Part shown: positions 49,820 to 63,195 of the stretch, in pieces
Layout of the letters: each line of letters begins with the position of its first letter
Position numbering within the stretch: position 1 is the first letter of the stretch
Assembly (NCBI RefSeq): GCF_963921235.1
Contig: NC_086097.1
Coordinates: 230,022,001-230,086,000, forward strand
Direction: 5' to 3'
From: Mobula hypostoma
Taxonomy: Eukaryota
DNA length: 64,000 nucleotides
Position numbers and translations under genes: made by a program
Notes under the pieces: model-generated
What the model saw: the letters and a program-made list of their open reading frames with translations, nothing else
The model's database searches: none
Told to the model about the DNA's origin: nothing

Positions 49820-50050
49820 AAAGAAGCGAAAATTTGTAGATGCTGGAAATTCCAGCAACATAAAGGCAGGAGGAACTCAGCAGGTCAGGCAGCATCTATG
49901 GAAAGGAATAAACAGTCAAGTTTCAGGCAGAAACCCTTCATCAGGACTGGAAAAAAAAAAGATGAGAAGCTAGAGCAAGGCTGGGGGAGTAGGACAAGGT
50001 GATAGATGAAACCAGTAGAAGGGGAGGGGTGAAGTAAAGAGCTGGTAATT
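49820..50050 (-). mobile_element. PLE pLTR fragment with partly decayed hammerhead motif
   Basis: Minus strand AGTC-CTGATGA-AGGGTTTCTGCCT-GAAAC-TT-GACTG at 49913-49949. Confidence 0.7.
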
Positions 50051-50091
50051 CAAGGACCAACTGAGAAATTAAGAAGGGAAAGCGAGAAATA

Positions 50092-50850
50092 CAGTGGATT
50101 CCGGTTAATTTGGCCTTCAGGACGGTCATTTATTTAAGACAATGCTTAGAGAACAAAAACTGATCAAGAAAACGGCCAGGACTCCTTTTGTTCCCTTGGG
50201 ACATTATGCCGCTTAATTGGGGAAGAAAGCTGTTGCTGAGGTGTTTCTAACTAGCGTCAGTCATGTGTGCAACGTTTAGAGCAATCAGTTTTTCCTATAG
50301 CGTCAGTTGCATGTGTTTGTGTTCAAAAAGCAGAGATTTTTGTCACTGATAATTGGTGAGAAATAAGCAGCGAGACAATTGCTTTACTCAATACTGATTC
50401 AAACATTCAGGCTGGCCAGAAATGGCCAGGAGTGAAAATGAAAATCTGAAGGATGCAATCAAGTTCCCAAACTTTTTGTGCCACGGTCCCCTACGATTAA
50501 CCCAGCGGTCCGTGGACCCCATGTTGGGAACACCCGGTCTTCAGCATTGTGCGAAGGCAATCTGCACTAGATATCTGTGCTGATTTTGTTCAGTAGACAC
50601 AACTGAATGAACATGGCAGATGAAGTCCTCTGTTGAAACTAATACAATTTTATAGTACTGTGAGGCAGTGACAGTGTTCCAGTTTGTTCTACATTTCATT
50701 TCAATACACAAATTGTTACTCAGTTAAACGGTAGTTTGTCTTTTCTATACCGTTTAACTATTTCCATGAATCTTCAGCTAATGGGGGCAGATGCTTAACT
50801 GGGCAAAAATATACTGGTCCTGATGCATCTCAATTCATTGGAATCCACTG
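50092..50850. mobile_element. Tc1/mariner (pogo/Tigger-like) non-autonomous DNA element, 759 bp
   Basis: TIRs CAGTGGATTCCggTtAATT and AATTcAttGGAATCCACTG; TA TSD at 50090-50091 and 50851-50852. Confidence 0.82.
50458..50536. mobile_element. Small hAT-type MITE nested in the Tigger-like element
   Basis: GTTCCCAA (50463-50470) and TTGGGAAC (50524-50531) inverted ends with inner CCACGG/CCGTGG. Confidence 0.6.
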
Positions 50851-51091
50851 TATTTTCAGTCAGATGACTGTTATATTTGATTCCAGTGAAGAAACTATTA
50901 ATGCACAATATTTTTCTTTCTTTTGGTAACGAAAGATGCTGAAGGGATCTGGGAAGACAGGTCTGATCACATTTACAGCTGCAGAAATCACTGGTCACTC
51001 AATAGCAATACTATGGCTCAGTTTTGGTCAATTTGCTTTTGCCAAGCTAAAATTTGATTCATCTAATACTTCAATACCGCACTAAATACCG

Positions 51092-51862
51092 AACAGGAAG
51101 GCAGATTATTATCTAAATGGAGTCAAGTTAGGAAAAGGGGAAGTACAACGAGATCTAGGTGTTCTTGTACATCAGTCACTGAAAGCAAGCATGCAGGTAC
51201 AGCAGGCAGTGAAGAAAGCTAATGGCATTCTGGCCTTCATAACAAGGGGAATTAAGTATAGGAGCAGAGGTCCTTCTGCAGCTGTACAGGGCCCTGGTGA
51301 GACCACACCTGGAGTATTGTGTGCAGTTTTGGTCTCCAAATTTGAGGAAGAACATTCTTGCTATTGAGGGAGTGCAGCGTAGGGTCACAAGGTTAATTCC
51401 CAGGATGGCAGGACTGTCATATGTCGAAAGATTGGAGCGACTGGGCTTGTATACTCTGGAATTTAGAAGGCTGAGAGGGGATCTGATTGAAACATGTAAG
51501 ATTATTAAGGGATTGGACATGCTGGAGGCAGGAATCATGTTCCTGCTGATGGGTGAGTCCAGAGCCAGAGGCCACAGTTTAAGAATAAGGGGTAGGCCAT
51601 TTAGAACGGAGTTGAGGAAAAACTTTTTCACCCAGACAGTGGTGGATGTATGGAATGTTCTGCCCCAGAAAGCTGTGGAGGCCAAGTCTCTGGATGTTTT
51701 CAAGAAAGAGATGGATAGAGCTCTTAAAGATAGCGGAATCAAAGGTTATGGGGATAAGGCAGGAACTGGATACTGATTGTGGATAATCAGCCATGATCAC
51801 AGTGAATGGCGGTGCTGGCTCAAAGGGCCGAATGGCCTACTCCTGCACCTATTGTCTATTGT
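51092..51862 (+). mobile_element. 5'-truncated CR1 3' end
   Basis: ORF 51297-51776 RPHLEYCVQFWSP..NFFTQTVVDVWN; CTATTGT repeat tail. Confidence 0.9.
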
Positions 51863-52797
51863 CATTAATACTAGATTCTGCCATCATATTTGACCTACCA
51901 AAATGAACCACTTCACACTTACCTGGGTTGAACGCTGTCTGCCACTTCTCAGCCCAGTTTTGCATCCTACCAATGTACCACTGTAACCCCTGACAGCCTT
52001 CCACACTATCCACAACACCAACACCCGCAATCTTTGTGTCATCAGCAAATTTACTAACCCATCCCTCCACTTCCTCATCCACATCGTTTATTAAAATCAC
52101 AGAGTAAGGGTCCCAGAACAGATCCCTGAAGCACTCCACTGGTGACCGGCCTCCATGCAGAATATGACCCGTCTACAACCACTCTTTGCCTTCTGTGGGC
52201 AAGCCAGTTCTGGGTACACAAAGCAATGTCCCATTGGATCCCATGCCTCTTTACTTTCTCAATAAGCCTTGCACGGGGTACCTTATCAAATGCCTTGCTG
52301 AAATCCATATACACTACATCTACTGCTCTACTTTCATCAATGTGTTTAGTCACATCCTCAAAAAAATTCAATCAGGCTTGTAAGGCACGACCTGCCTTTG
52401 ACAAAGACATGCTGACTATTCCTAATCATATTAAGCCTCTACAAATGTTAATAAATCCTACCTCTCAGGATCTTTTTCAACAACTTACTAACCACTGAAG
52501 AAAGACTCACTGGTCTATAAGTTCCTGGGCTATTTCTACTCCCTTTCTTGAATAAGAGAACAACATCTGCAACCCTCCAATCCTCTGGAACCTCTCCCGT
52601 CACCATTGATGATGCAAAGATCATTGCCAGAGGCTCAGCAATCTCCTCCCTCACCTCCCACAGTAGCCTGGGGTACATCTCGTCCAGTCCCGGAGACTTA
52701 TCCAACTTAATGCTTTCCAAAAGCTCCAGCACATACTCTTTCTTAATATCTACATGCTCAAGCTTTTCAGTCCGCTGTAAGTCATCCCTACAATTGC
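51863..52797 (-). mobile_element. Internal CR1 RT fragment (same subfamily as copy 1)
   Basis: ORFs 52448-52807, 52075-52371 and 51849-52139 are near-identical to 7010-8720 minus the PLE insertion. Confidence 0.9.
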
Positions 52798-52896
52798 CAA
52801 GCAACACACATCAAAGTTGCTGGTGAACGCAGCAGGTCAAGCAGCATCTGTAGGAAGAGGTGCAGTCGACGTTTCAGGCCGAGACCCTTCGTCAGG
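52798..52896 (-). mobile_element. PLE pLTR terminus (tail-less) with hammerhead core
   Basis: Minus strand CTGACGA-AGGGTCTCGGCCT-GAAAC-GTC-GACTG at 52863-52895; the 5' strand of stem I is cut by the CR1 junction. Confidence 0.8.
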
Positions 52897-53793
52897 TCCT
52901 GTGAGGAGGATGCTAAGAGGATGCAGGGTGACTTGGATAGGTTGGGTGAGTGGGCAAATTCATGGCAGATGCAATTTAATGTGGATAAATGTGAAGTTAT
53001 CCACTTTGGTGGCAGAAATAGGAAAACAGATTATTATCTGAATGGTGGCCGATTAGGAAAAGGGGAGGTGCAACGAGACCTGGGTGTCATTATACACCAG
53101 TCATTGAAAGTGGGCATGCAGGTACAGCAGGCGGTGAAAAAGGCAAATGGTATGCTGGCATTTATAGCGAGCAGATTCGAGTACAGGAGCAGGGAGGTAC
53201 TACTGCAGTTGTACAAGGCCTTGGTGAGACCACACCTGGAGTATTGTGTGCAGTTTTGGTCCCCTAATCTGAGGAAAGACATCCTTGCCATAGAGGGAGT
53301 ATAAAGAAGGTTCACCAGATTGATTCCTGGGATGGCAGGACTTTCATATGAAGAAAGACTGGATGAACTGGGCTTGTACTCGTTGGAATTTAGAAGATTG
53401 AGGGAGGATCTGATTGAAATGTATAAAATCCTAAAGGGATTGGGCAGGCTAGATGCAGGAAGATTGTTCCCGATGTTGGGGAAGTCCAGAACGAGGGGCC
53501 ACAGTTTGAAGATAGAGGGGAAGCCTTTTAGGACCAAGATTAGGAAAAACTTCTTCACACAGAGAGTGGTGAATCTGTGGAATTCTCTGCCACAGGAAAC
53601 AGTTGAGGCCAGTTCATTGGCTATATTTAAGAGGGAGTTAGATATGGCCCTTGTGGCTATGGGGGTCAGGGGGTATGGAGGGAAGGCTGGGGCGGGGTTC
53701 TGAGTTGGATGATCAGCCATGATCATAATAAATGGTGGTGCAGGCTTGAAGGGCCGAATGGCCTACTCCTGCACCTATTTTCTATGTTTCTAT
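52897..53793 (+). mobile_element. 5'-truncated CR1 3' end
   Basis: ORFs 52921-53304 and 53320-53703; TTTCTATG tail. Confidence 0.9.
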
Positions 53794-53908
53794 CTCCGGT
53801 TGTAGTCTCACCCAACCTCAGTGGAAAAACTTGTTTGCATTTACCCTATCCATACCCCTCAATTTTGTAAAGGAGTCAGAGAATCTATCAAGAACACAGT
53901 TGTCATGT

Positions 53909-54123
53909 ACACAAGAGATTCCACAGATGCTGAAAATAGAGAAACACAGAAAATGCTGGAGGAACTCAACAAGTCAGGCAGCATCTATGGAAGGAATTAA
54001 ACATTCTGCATTTTAGATCAAGATCCTTCAAAGGATAGGATTCCCATCTATGGAATCATCTATGGATTCCCCTCCATAGATACTGCCAGACTTGCTGAGA
54101 TCCTCCAGCATTTTGTGTGTTTG
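53909..54123. mobile_element. PLE-terminus fold-back with one-sided tail
   Basis: Arms 53942-53991 and 54073-54123 are inverted; the tail 53909-53941 is on the left arm only. Confidence 0.72.
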
Positions 54124-54574
54124 TTCTTCATAGCTACACAGAGTGGAGGGTTCCTTAATGACCACTGGTTATGCTTAACCTTTTGCACACTGTAGGATGT
54201 CTAGTATTAGAAGTAGAGATGGATAACGTCAGAGCTGGAGAAACATAGCTATGAGGAGAGGCAGGAACCGTGTTCTTTGAAACACAGGAAAACTGATTGA
54301 AGATTTAATTGAAGGTTATAACATTTTTGAGTGAAGAACAAAAAAAAGGACTTCTTAACAGAGGGATGAGTAAAAAGAGTGGAATTACTTCTTGTAGAAT
54401 AAGAAAATTCAGAAATGATTTCAATGAGTAAGCCAGGGTAGGGAATTCACTGTCTGAACAAGTGGTGGTGCTGGAAATGATCAGCAGCATTTAGAAATGC
54501 ACGAAAGCCATAACCTGAAAGTCTGTCAATTGAGAGTAGGAAATGTAATCAACTAATTGAGCAAGGACATGGAT

Positions 54575-55955
54575 CCACTGCATTTCGTCTACACTGCAAA
54601 GGTCCAGAGCGGTGGGCACAAACTCACTGGCTCTGTACTCAGCCTTGCAGCACCTAACAGCAGCAAAACATATGTTACGTTGCTGCTTATCGATTACAAC
54701 TTCGTGTTTAACATCATTGCCCACTCAATATTAATTAAAAAGCTTCAAAACCTGTGCCGCTGTAAACTCTTCTGTAACTGGATTCTCAGTGACTTCATGA
54801 GGAGACCAGATTTGGTGCAGATCCATTATAACATCTTGTCCTCACTAACAGTCAACACAGAGGAACTTCAAGAATATGTGCTTAACCCACTACTCTCCCT
54901 CTATACTCTCTTGATTGTGTGGCTAAGCACAGTTCAAATGCCATCTATAACTTTACCAATGACACAACTGTTGTCAGCAGAATCTCAGATGGTGCGGAGG
55001 AGGCACGGAGGAGTGAGATACTTGGTTGAATAGTGTTGCAACGACAACATTGCGCTCAAAATCAGCAAGACCAAGGAATTGATAGCGGACTTACTTCATG
55101 AAGGGCGAGTCGGGAGAACACACATCAGTTCTCATTTGAAGGATCAGCAGTACAAGTGTGAGCAGCTTCAAGTTCCAGGGTATCAACATCTCAGAAGATC
55201 TATCCTGGACTCAACACTTTGATGCAATCGCAAAGATGGCATTCCAGCTGCTGTACTTCATTAGAAGTTTGAGCATGCCATCACAGAACGCTATAAAATT
55301 TCTATCAGTGTAAAATGGAGAGCATTCTGAGTGGTTGCATCCCAGTCTGGTACAGAGAGTCCCGTGGGCAGGGTCATAAAAAGCTGCATTGGGTTGTAGA
55401 GTCAGGCAGCTGAACATGGAGCTGAACTGTACTGATATATACCTGTAATTTCAACTTTTTTTTTTGGTTGGCATTTGTGCTTTTTTTTTAAACACACATG
55501 ATGGGGAAGGGGAGCATGACGTTCTTCTTTGTTTAATGACTGTCTGGGGAAGACGAGTTTCAGGGTTGTAATACTGCATACATTCTTTGGTAATAAATAT
55601 ACTTTGAATCTCCACACCATTCAAGTGGTAGTGCAATCACTAAGAGCTGACACCATCTGAGACATGCCCTCGTCTCATGGCTACCACTGGGGAAGGAGGC
55701 AGAAGAGTCTGAAGACCCACATTCAGCAATTTAAAAACAATTTCTTCCCCCAACCTCCCCACCCCACTCCTCCAGCATCATTTTTCTGACACTCCATGAA
55801 ACCGTGAACAACACATTATTCTTTTTATTCATTATCGATTTTTATTGCGCTATTTATTTTTGTAATTTATAGCATTTCTTCTGTCTTTGCACTGTGGTGC
55901 TGGGGCAAAACAATTTCATCTCACAAGCCAGTGATAATAACCCAGATTCTGAAAT
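54575..55955 (+). mobile_element. Decayed L2-clade LINE (RT and 3' end)
   Basis: ORF 54557-55033 TYVTLLLIDYNFVFNII..LFCNWILSDF..QEYVLNPLL; tail GATAATAAACCCAGATTCTGA. Confidence 0.75.
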
Positions 55956-56747
55956 AATAGGCTGAACAGTTGCTGCCTCTATGATTTTAGTAAGGCAGAC
56001 ACACTAAATGGATGACGAGATGTGCAAGCTGTAAGTGATCACTCTGGAAGGAGTGAAACACAATTGGATACTCCATCAGAAAAAGTCGTCACTGGGAGCA
56101 GGAGTACATGAACAAATAACAGCTGTTATTTAAACGTTAACTAGCTTCAGATTGGGACATTTGCCTTTGGTGTGACATCGTTAAATTCATGTAAATTTTG
56201 ATTTATTGTCAATTTCCCAGTCTGGATTGAAAACAAAGGAGCGAAAACTCATTATCGCCTACACTATCGATTCGGTGACAACTCAGACGCGCTGCCCAGA
56301 ATGTCACACTCGGCTTGAAGCAGCAACTTATGATTGTGCATTCTCCTTTGGTTACATTTTTCTCCTCAAGGGAAGGCAGGCAATTATTTTCTGATCTTAT
56401 CCTCGCATCACTTCCGCCTTAGTTGGGGTCTTGCTGAAGACTTGTAGCTCGACGTCTCCATGTTACCTGATGATTGGCATCATTCTGCAATTAGCTTTGC
56501 ATAAATAGCAGCTCATCAACAACCACAGTTTTATAAAGAATGTTGTATTTGCACATGAATTATTGATCCAACTTTCTTCACTTTATTTGATGTATTCATC
56601 TTTCTGCAATTCCATTTAATGTTAATTTTAAACATACAGCAGTACAGCACAGGACAGATCCTTCAGCTCATGACGTTGTATTGACCTTTTAACCTACTCC
56701 AAAATCAGTCTAATCCTTCCCTCCCACATAGTCTTCCATTGTTCTTT

Positions 56748-57252
56748 CATCATAGAACCCTACAGCACAGAAAACAGGCCATTCAGCCCTTCTAGTCTGT
56801 GCCAGAACTTTATTCTGCTAGTCCCATTGACCCGCACCCAGTCCATGACCCTCCAGACCTCCCCCATCCATGTATCTATCCAATTTATTCTTAAAACTTG
56901 ACAGTGAGCCTGCATTTACCACATCAGATGGCAGTTCATTCCACTGAGTGAAGTTCCCCCTAAACGTTTCCCTTTTCACCCTAAAGCCATGTCCTCTTGT
57001 ATTTATCTCTCCTAATCTAAGTGGAAAAAGCCTACTCGCATTTACTCTGTCTATACCCCTCATAATTTTGTAAACCTCTATCAAATTCCCCCTCATTCTT
57101 CCACGCTCCAAGGAACAAAGTCCTAACCTGTTCAATCTTTCCCTGTAACTCAACTTCTGAAGACCCAGCAACATCCTAATAAATCTTCCCTGCACTCTTT
57201 CAATCTTACTGATATCCTTCCTATAGTTAGGTGACCAGAACTGCACACAATA
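56748..57252 (-). mobile_element. 5'-truncated CR1 3' end
   Basis: ORF 56818-57246 QFWSPNYRKD..WNELP. Confidence 0.88.
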
Positions 57253-57295
57253 TGCCTTTAGAATATATAACCTAAAGGGACAGTACAGGCCCTTC

Positions 57296-57614
57296 TAATA
57301 TCTAACGAGGATGTCATGAACAGAGCAAACACAAAAAGAGAAATAATGTATGAGATCACAAAAAGGCAATGTAACTTCATTGGACATGTGATTAGGAAAG
57401 AGGAGTTAGAATGCACTGTAATTATGGGAAAGATTGAAGGGAAGAAAGCAAGAGGAAGACAAAGACAAAGACAAATGATGATGGAGACGGCAGCCAGAGA
57501 ACTGGAAATGAATACCAACGAATTGATCCACTTGACCCGAAACAGGAGTGTGTGGGCCATGGCAGTCAAAGCTCAAACTGGGCACGGCACCTGATGATGA
57601 TGATGATGATGATG
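57296..57614 (+). mobile_element. 5'-truncated RTE-clade LINE with (GAT)n tail
   Basis: ORF 57316-57594 FIGHVIRKE..GKIEGKKARGRQR; 11-bp TSD ACAGGCCCTTC at 57285-57295 and 57615-57625. Confidence 0.88.
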
Positions 57615-58769
57615 ACAGGCCCTTCAGCCCATAATGCAAACCACTGATTGATTGATTGATTGAGATGCAGTGTGGAATAGTCCCTTCTGGCCCTTTGAGT
57701 CTTGCCACCCAGCAATCTTCTGATTTAATCCTAGCCTAATCATGGGACAGTTTACAATGACTAGTTAACCTATTAACCAGTATGTCTTTGACCATGGGAG
57801 GAAACCCACATGGTCAGAGGGAGAAGGTACAAACTTCTTGCAGACAGCGGTGGAAACATACACTAAGATCAATCTAACTCGTCCCTCCTCTATAACCCTC
57901 CATTTTTCTACCATCCATTTTCTACCTACCCAAGAGGTTTCTTAAATGCCCCTAATATATCTGCCTCTACCACCACCCTGGCAGGGCATTCCACACATTC
58001 ACCACACTGTGTAAAGAACTTACCTCTGACCTCTCCTCTATCCTCCAATCTCCTCAAAATGATTCCCTCTTGTATCCACGACTGAAATCCCAATAAAGGA
58101 AATAATTCAAGGACAATGTTCCTTAGTCTACAAGTTGTGTAAAGTTACGTTCAGCATAAAGGATGGAATAGCTATGAAGGATGTCAAGTATGTGGTATCA
58201 AACTGAAGGAAACTGATTTATTTATCAGTGTTGTGAATGAGAAACAGAAAGGCGCAGCATGGGAACAATCCCTTCCACCCATTGACAAAGGGTAAATCAA
58301 ACTAATCCCCATCTGCCTCATGGCCCATACATTTCTACTTTGTGTCTTCATGCGTCCTTTTAAATGTTCTTCTAAAGTACGTTAGCATATCTGCTTCCAC
58401 CACCTCTTCTGGCAGGTACCTAGCACTCTTGCGGGGGCAAAAAAAAAAAGACTTGCTTCAGAACTCCCAAAGTCATTGGTGTGCAATTTATTAGAGGGGA
58501 TTCTAAGAGATAGGATTGATCTGCATTTGGAAAGACAAGGACAGAGAGCAAGTCAGCATGGCTTTGTGCACGGGAAATAGTGACTCACAGTTGGAGTCTT
58601 TTTGAAGGGGTGATCCAAGATGATAGACAAAGGAGGATGGCAGACAGTCTACATGAAATTTAGCAAGGCTTTTGACAAGGTACTGCACGGTAGGCTGGTC
58701 TGATAGTTAGAGCACATGGAATCCAGAGCGAGCTAGCTAATGGATGCAAAATTATTTCGATAGTAGGGT

Positions 58770-59803
58770 AATAAGTTATTTGAAATATTACAGAAAACTC
58801 CAGATCTAGATTTGAAAAACCTCCGCCTAATCAGAAATCTGTACTGGGAACAAACTGCCACTGTAAGAGTAGATGGAGAAGTGAGTCAGTTTACAAAAAT
58901 CAAGAGAGGCATTAGACAAGGGTGTGTTTTCTCCCCTGATTTATTTAATGTGTACAGTGAAATGATATTAGAAAAAATAACAGACATCTTGAGAATCAAA
59001 GTTGGCAGTGAAAACATCAATAATTTCAGATATGCAGATGACACAGTGTTAATTGCAAGTACAGAGGAAGAACTACAAAACTTAATTGATATAATTGTTG
59101 AAGAAAGTGCAAAAATGGGTCTATCTATCAATTGCAAAAAGACAGAATATATGGTGATACCCAAAAAGGAGAATCCTAGTTCTGCAGGCTGAGAATAAAC
59201 GGGAAAGACATAAGTCAAGAACAGAACTTTTGCTACTTAGGAAGCTGGGTGACATCAGATGGCAGGTACGACATGGACATCAAAAGAAGAATAGGGATGG
59301 CAAAAGACACCTTTATGAGAATGAAGAGTATACTGACCAATGCTAAACTAGGCATGACAACCCACCTCAGAGCAGTGAAATGTTATGTTTATCCAGTTAT
59401 GTTATATGGCTCAGAGTGTTGGACAATATCTAGTAACATGAGGAAATGAATTGAAGCAGCAGAGATGTGGTTTTTGAGGAGGATGCAAAGAATATCATGG
59501 ACGAAATGAATATCTAATGAGGATGTCATGAACAGAGCAAACACAAAAAGAGAAATAATGTATCAGATCATGAAAAGACAATGTCACCTCATTGGACATG
59601 TGATTAGGAAAGAGGAGTCAGAATGCATGGTAGTTATGGGAAAGATTGAAGGGAAGAAAGCAAGAGGAAGACAAAGACAAATGATGATGGAGACAGCAGC
59701 CAGAGAACCGGAAATGAATACCAATGAATTGATCCACTTGACCCGAAACAGGAGTGCGTGGGCCATGGTAGTCAAAGCTCAAATTGGGCGTGGCACTTGA
59801 TGA
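58770..59803 (+). mobile_element. RTE-clade LINE RT/C-terminal fragment
   Basis: GIRQGCVFSPDLFN..FRYADDTVL; IKRRIGMAK..LYGSECWT; GKIEGKKARGR; same family as 57296-57614. Confidence 0.9.
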
Positions 59804-62435
59804 CGGTGGAGGTGTTAAATGTAGATACCACTACAGGATTTAAAAGCTGTTTAGACAGATAAAAAAACTTGGATAGAAAAGACAGAGAGAGATAAAAGCC
59901 TACAGTGGACAAATAAGATTAGCATGAATAGGCATCATGGCTGCACGGATGAGTTGGGCCAAGGGGCCTCACTACTATACTCTAGAATTTTCTGAAGCAC
60001 CATTCAACGTACTCGTACAAAATTCAAGAGAAAACTGAAAGTGAGAAAATTAAGCCTGATATTGGACTAAATTGTGCTCCCCTTTCAAATGTGACTAGAG
60101 CCATCTTCTAACTTTTATGCACTGCTTTGAAGTAGCTTTGCATCTCAGAGTAATGGAAACTGCTCACTGACTGAATGATTAAATGGCAATTACTCCAAGA
60201 ACACACAGATGCTTAGCTCAGGGTCTGCCAAACCTCAGCTCAACTACAGGCACATGAAACAGATCAGCAGAGAGAGCTGGCCCCTTGATGACAAGGGGGT
60301 ACATTTAACCAAGTGTCAGATCAAGAAGTCACCATAAAGCTGAAAATGACAGGAAGGAGGGGAATGCACCCCACCCACATGGTTCAAATTAAAGGAAGAA
60401 ACCAATCATTCCAGCCTCCCAGGAGTCTGCTGCTGCAGATTCTCAATGTAGTATCCAGGCCTAAACACACCTGGTTGCACCAATGATCTGGCCCAACAAC
60501 AGCTCAAATAAAGACAACAAATTTTCATTCAAGACCTGGAATACACTCAGATTTTGAAAATATGCTTCAAGTTTGACAATGACCATCTTTGACAAAAATT
60601 GAACCAACTATTCTGGTGATCATTTATGTAAATTGGAACTAGAGTGCTTTCCAAATTCTACAAGGTACCCATTGCCATGTAAAGATTATCTTTATTTGTC
60701 ACATATACATTGAGACATGCAGCACAATATGTTGTTTGTGTCAATGACCTACATAGTGCAAGGCTCCAATTTAAAAGACTCAAACTTCTAATATAGATAG
60801 GGAAGCCAGTTATCAGAAATACCCATTTGGCTCCAGAAGTATGATTTTGCCTCAGCTTCTCTTTTCTTCCCAATGGATCTTCCCGACCTGCTATCTGCAA
60901 CATACACCTCGGTCAACCTAGAAACATTCAGTCAAGAACTCAATCCTCAGCAACCCTCTGTCCTATCACAGTTATTTTTTGTGTCCTATTCATCCCTACA
61001 ACTACCTTTGCTGCAGCTTAAAAACTACCTTTTTTCCACTTTTTCATGAGTTCTTTGATGTGAAATATTAACTCGTTTTATCTTTCCGCGGATCCTGCCA
61101 CAGCATTCAAGTGCTTGATAGCAATTTTCATTTTTAAACCAGGCTGGAGGAAAGGTCATTTCGTCCAGGTTTATGTTCTCTAGAATTAACAATGAGAGGA
61201 AATTGCACTAGAATTAGAAACAGAATCCATACTAAAGTATTGAGGATTCTTACACCTCAACAGATTAGTTCCAGGGAGAATGTTTCCCCTGAATGAGGAG
61301 TTTGAACAAGAGGCCAGTCTGAGAACAAGTCTAATTTACTCAAGGTTCTTGTTCTTGCCCTCACTCTTTCAAGAAGGCTGTGAACATTTGGAATTCTCCA
61401 CAGCATTCTGGGGCGAAGGTTCAGTCATTCAAAACATCAAAAGGTTTTTGGAGTATTAAAGCCATCAGTCAAAAGTGCAGGGAAATGGTCTTGATTAAGG
61501 CAGAGTAGGCTCAAACTGTTGAACGACCTACCCTTGCTCCTATATTATAGCAAAATGGTCCTCTCAATATCCGAGTCATGTCACATGGAATTTATCAGCA
61601 GCAGCATGAGAAACCCTCTTTTTCTTCATAGGCAAAGATGTAAAGATACAGAAATAGGGGCTATAGATAATAGCAGGAAGAATAAAAATAACGGACAGCT
61701 AGGTTGTGGCCCTGAACCCATTCTTTGATCTCTTGTATTTTGATTTATTGAACTACAAAATTAGACTTTCACTGCAGAACACAAGTATTTCAGCAAACTG
61801 ACATTGTGGCAGAGGATTATTTTGTGAACTGGGCTTGTGTTAATACATTTTTCCTTTTCAATTCAGTCAATCGTCAAGAGATAAATCTTGTAAACAGCAC
61901 CATTAAAGACAATGCTCTTGTCAATGTGATTTATTTGCAGTTTCAATTGAAATATTCAGCTGGGTGCTTCAAATTCACACTCATTTCTATTCTCTGTATT
62001 GGGCAAAATAAGTCCTGCCATGAAGTCTTACTTCATGACAGATTTATTGTTTTATTGTTAAAGTGTGCAATTCATCATTATTTTGTAACCCATGCTGATC
62101 TTAAAGACCTGCAAACAAAATTCACTTCAGCATACTGTCTCAGAACAGCCAAGAACTATTTCTAAATGATCAAGAAAAATAACTACACAACACATTTGCT
62201 TCTTTTGTATAAATAAAGCATGAATTTGAGAAAGTTATCAGCACTTCGTTCTAACACACTTTCCACAAAATGTTAACACAAATTTGAAGGCGTCTCTTGA
62301 ACAAAGACAAAAGCAGCAAGTAATGAAAAACTGATTGCACACAGGATTAAAGCAACTATTAAAAACTTTGAGAAAAGAAAAATCATTTAGTCAATCCATA
62401 AAATGAATGAAAGATGCAGTTGAATTCTAGTCCTG

Positions 62436-62756
62436 AGTTGTTCGTCCATCGTCGACGTCAATGAGGACCTCGACACCAGATGGTGTTGAGACTAGTGCGT
62501 GGTTTGGATTTAAGTGAGGGAGAGTTGTGCAGTGTCAGCCTCACTCTCTCTTCCCAATTCCCATCTGGATCCAGTGGCAAGACAGAGTCTAGACGGATGG
62601 AGATGGGACCAGGCACAGTGGATGACCAGGACATCTTCTGTGTCTTGTCCTGCTCTACACGTTCCATGACGCTTGCAGAGACCGCCTTCTTGACCGTTGG
62701 ACCTTCCATTGGTCTCGTCTGCTCAATCCGCCGGAGTCTGTCTTCACATGCTGGGA
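62436..62756. mobile_element. Unclassified GC/CpG-richer interspersed element (possibly an RTE-related SINE on the minus strand)
   Basis: Sharp compositional shift in AT-rich DNA; candidate TSD TAGTCCTG (62428-62435) and TAGACCTG (62757-62764). Confidence 0.4.
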
Positions 62757-62888
62757 TAGACCTGTAGGATTGCTTTCCTAATGCTTGGCCAGCAGCATTC
62801 TTTTAACCGTTTACTTGACATCTTGAACTGTTTATTAGACATTGCTATAATTGACTGCCAGATTTCTTTATAAAGAGACAGGTCTCAC

Positions 62889-63195
62889 CAATGTTCCCTC
62901 TAATTTGTAATGGCCAGTGTGCGCAAAAATCTTGTGCTGTGCAATTTATCGCCCAGCGACAACAACATGTGGGCACTGAATAATCTATTCAATAAGAACA
63001 GTATAAATAAGCCAGTTCTAAAATCCGCAGACAAATCATCGCAAACTCCACGTTGTCAACACTGTCCACATCAGAAACCGGAAAAGGAAATGTGACTGAT
63101 CCTGACACATACTTAACAGGATAGAAGGCGACAACCTTTTGTGCGCAGTTTAAATTCCTTTGTGCACTGGTAGCAAAAGGTGTGAGGAAACATTG
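62889..63195. mobile_element. hAT-type MITE, 307 bp
   Basis: TIRs CAATGTTCCCTC and GAGGAAACATTG; the 8-bp flanks match only 4/8. Confidence 0.6.

Noticed and set aside
53034..53726. 230-aa ORF and similar ORFs antisense to CR1 (e.g. 51176-51742, 38031-38501)
   Set aside because: Shadow frames of CR1 ORF2 with no recognisable domain
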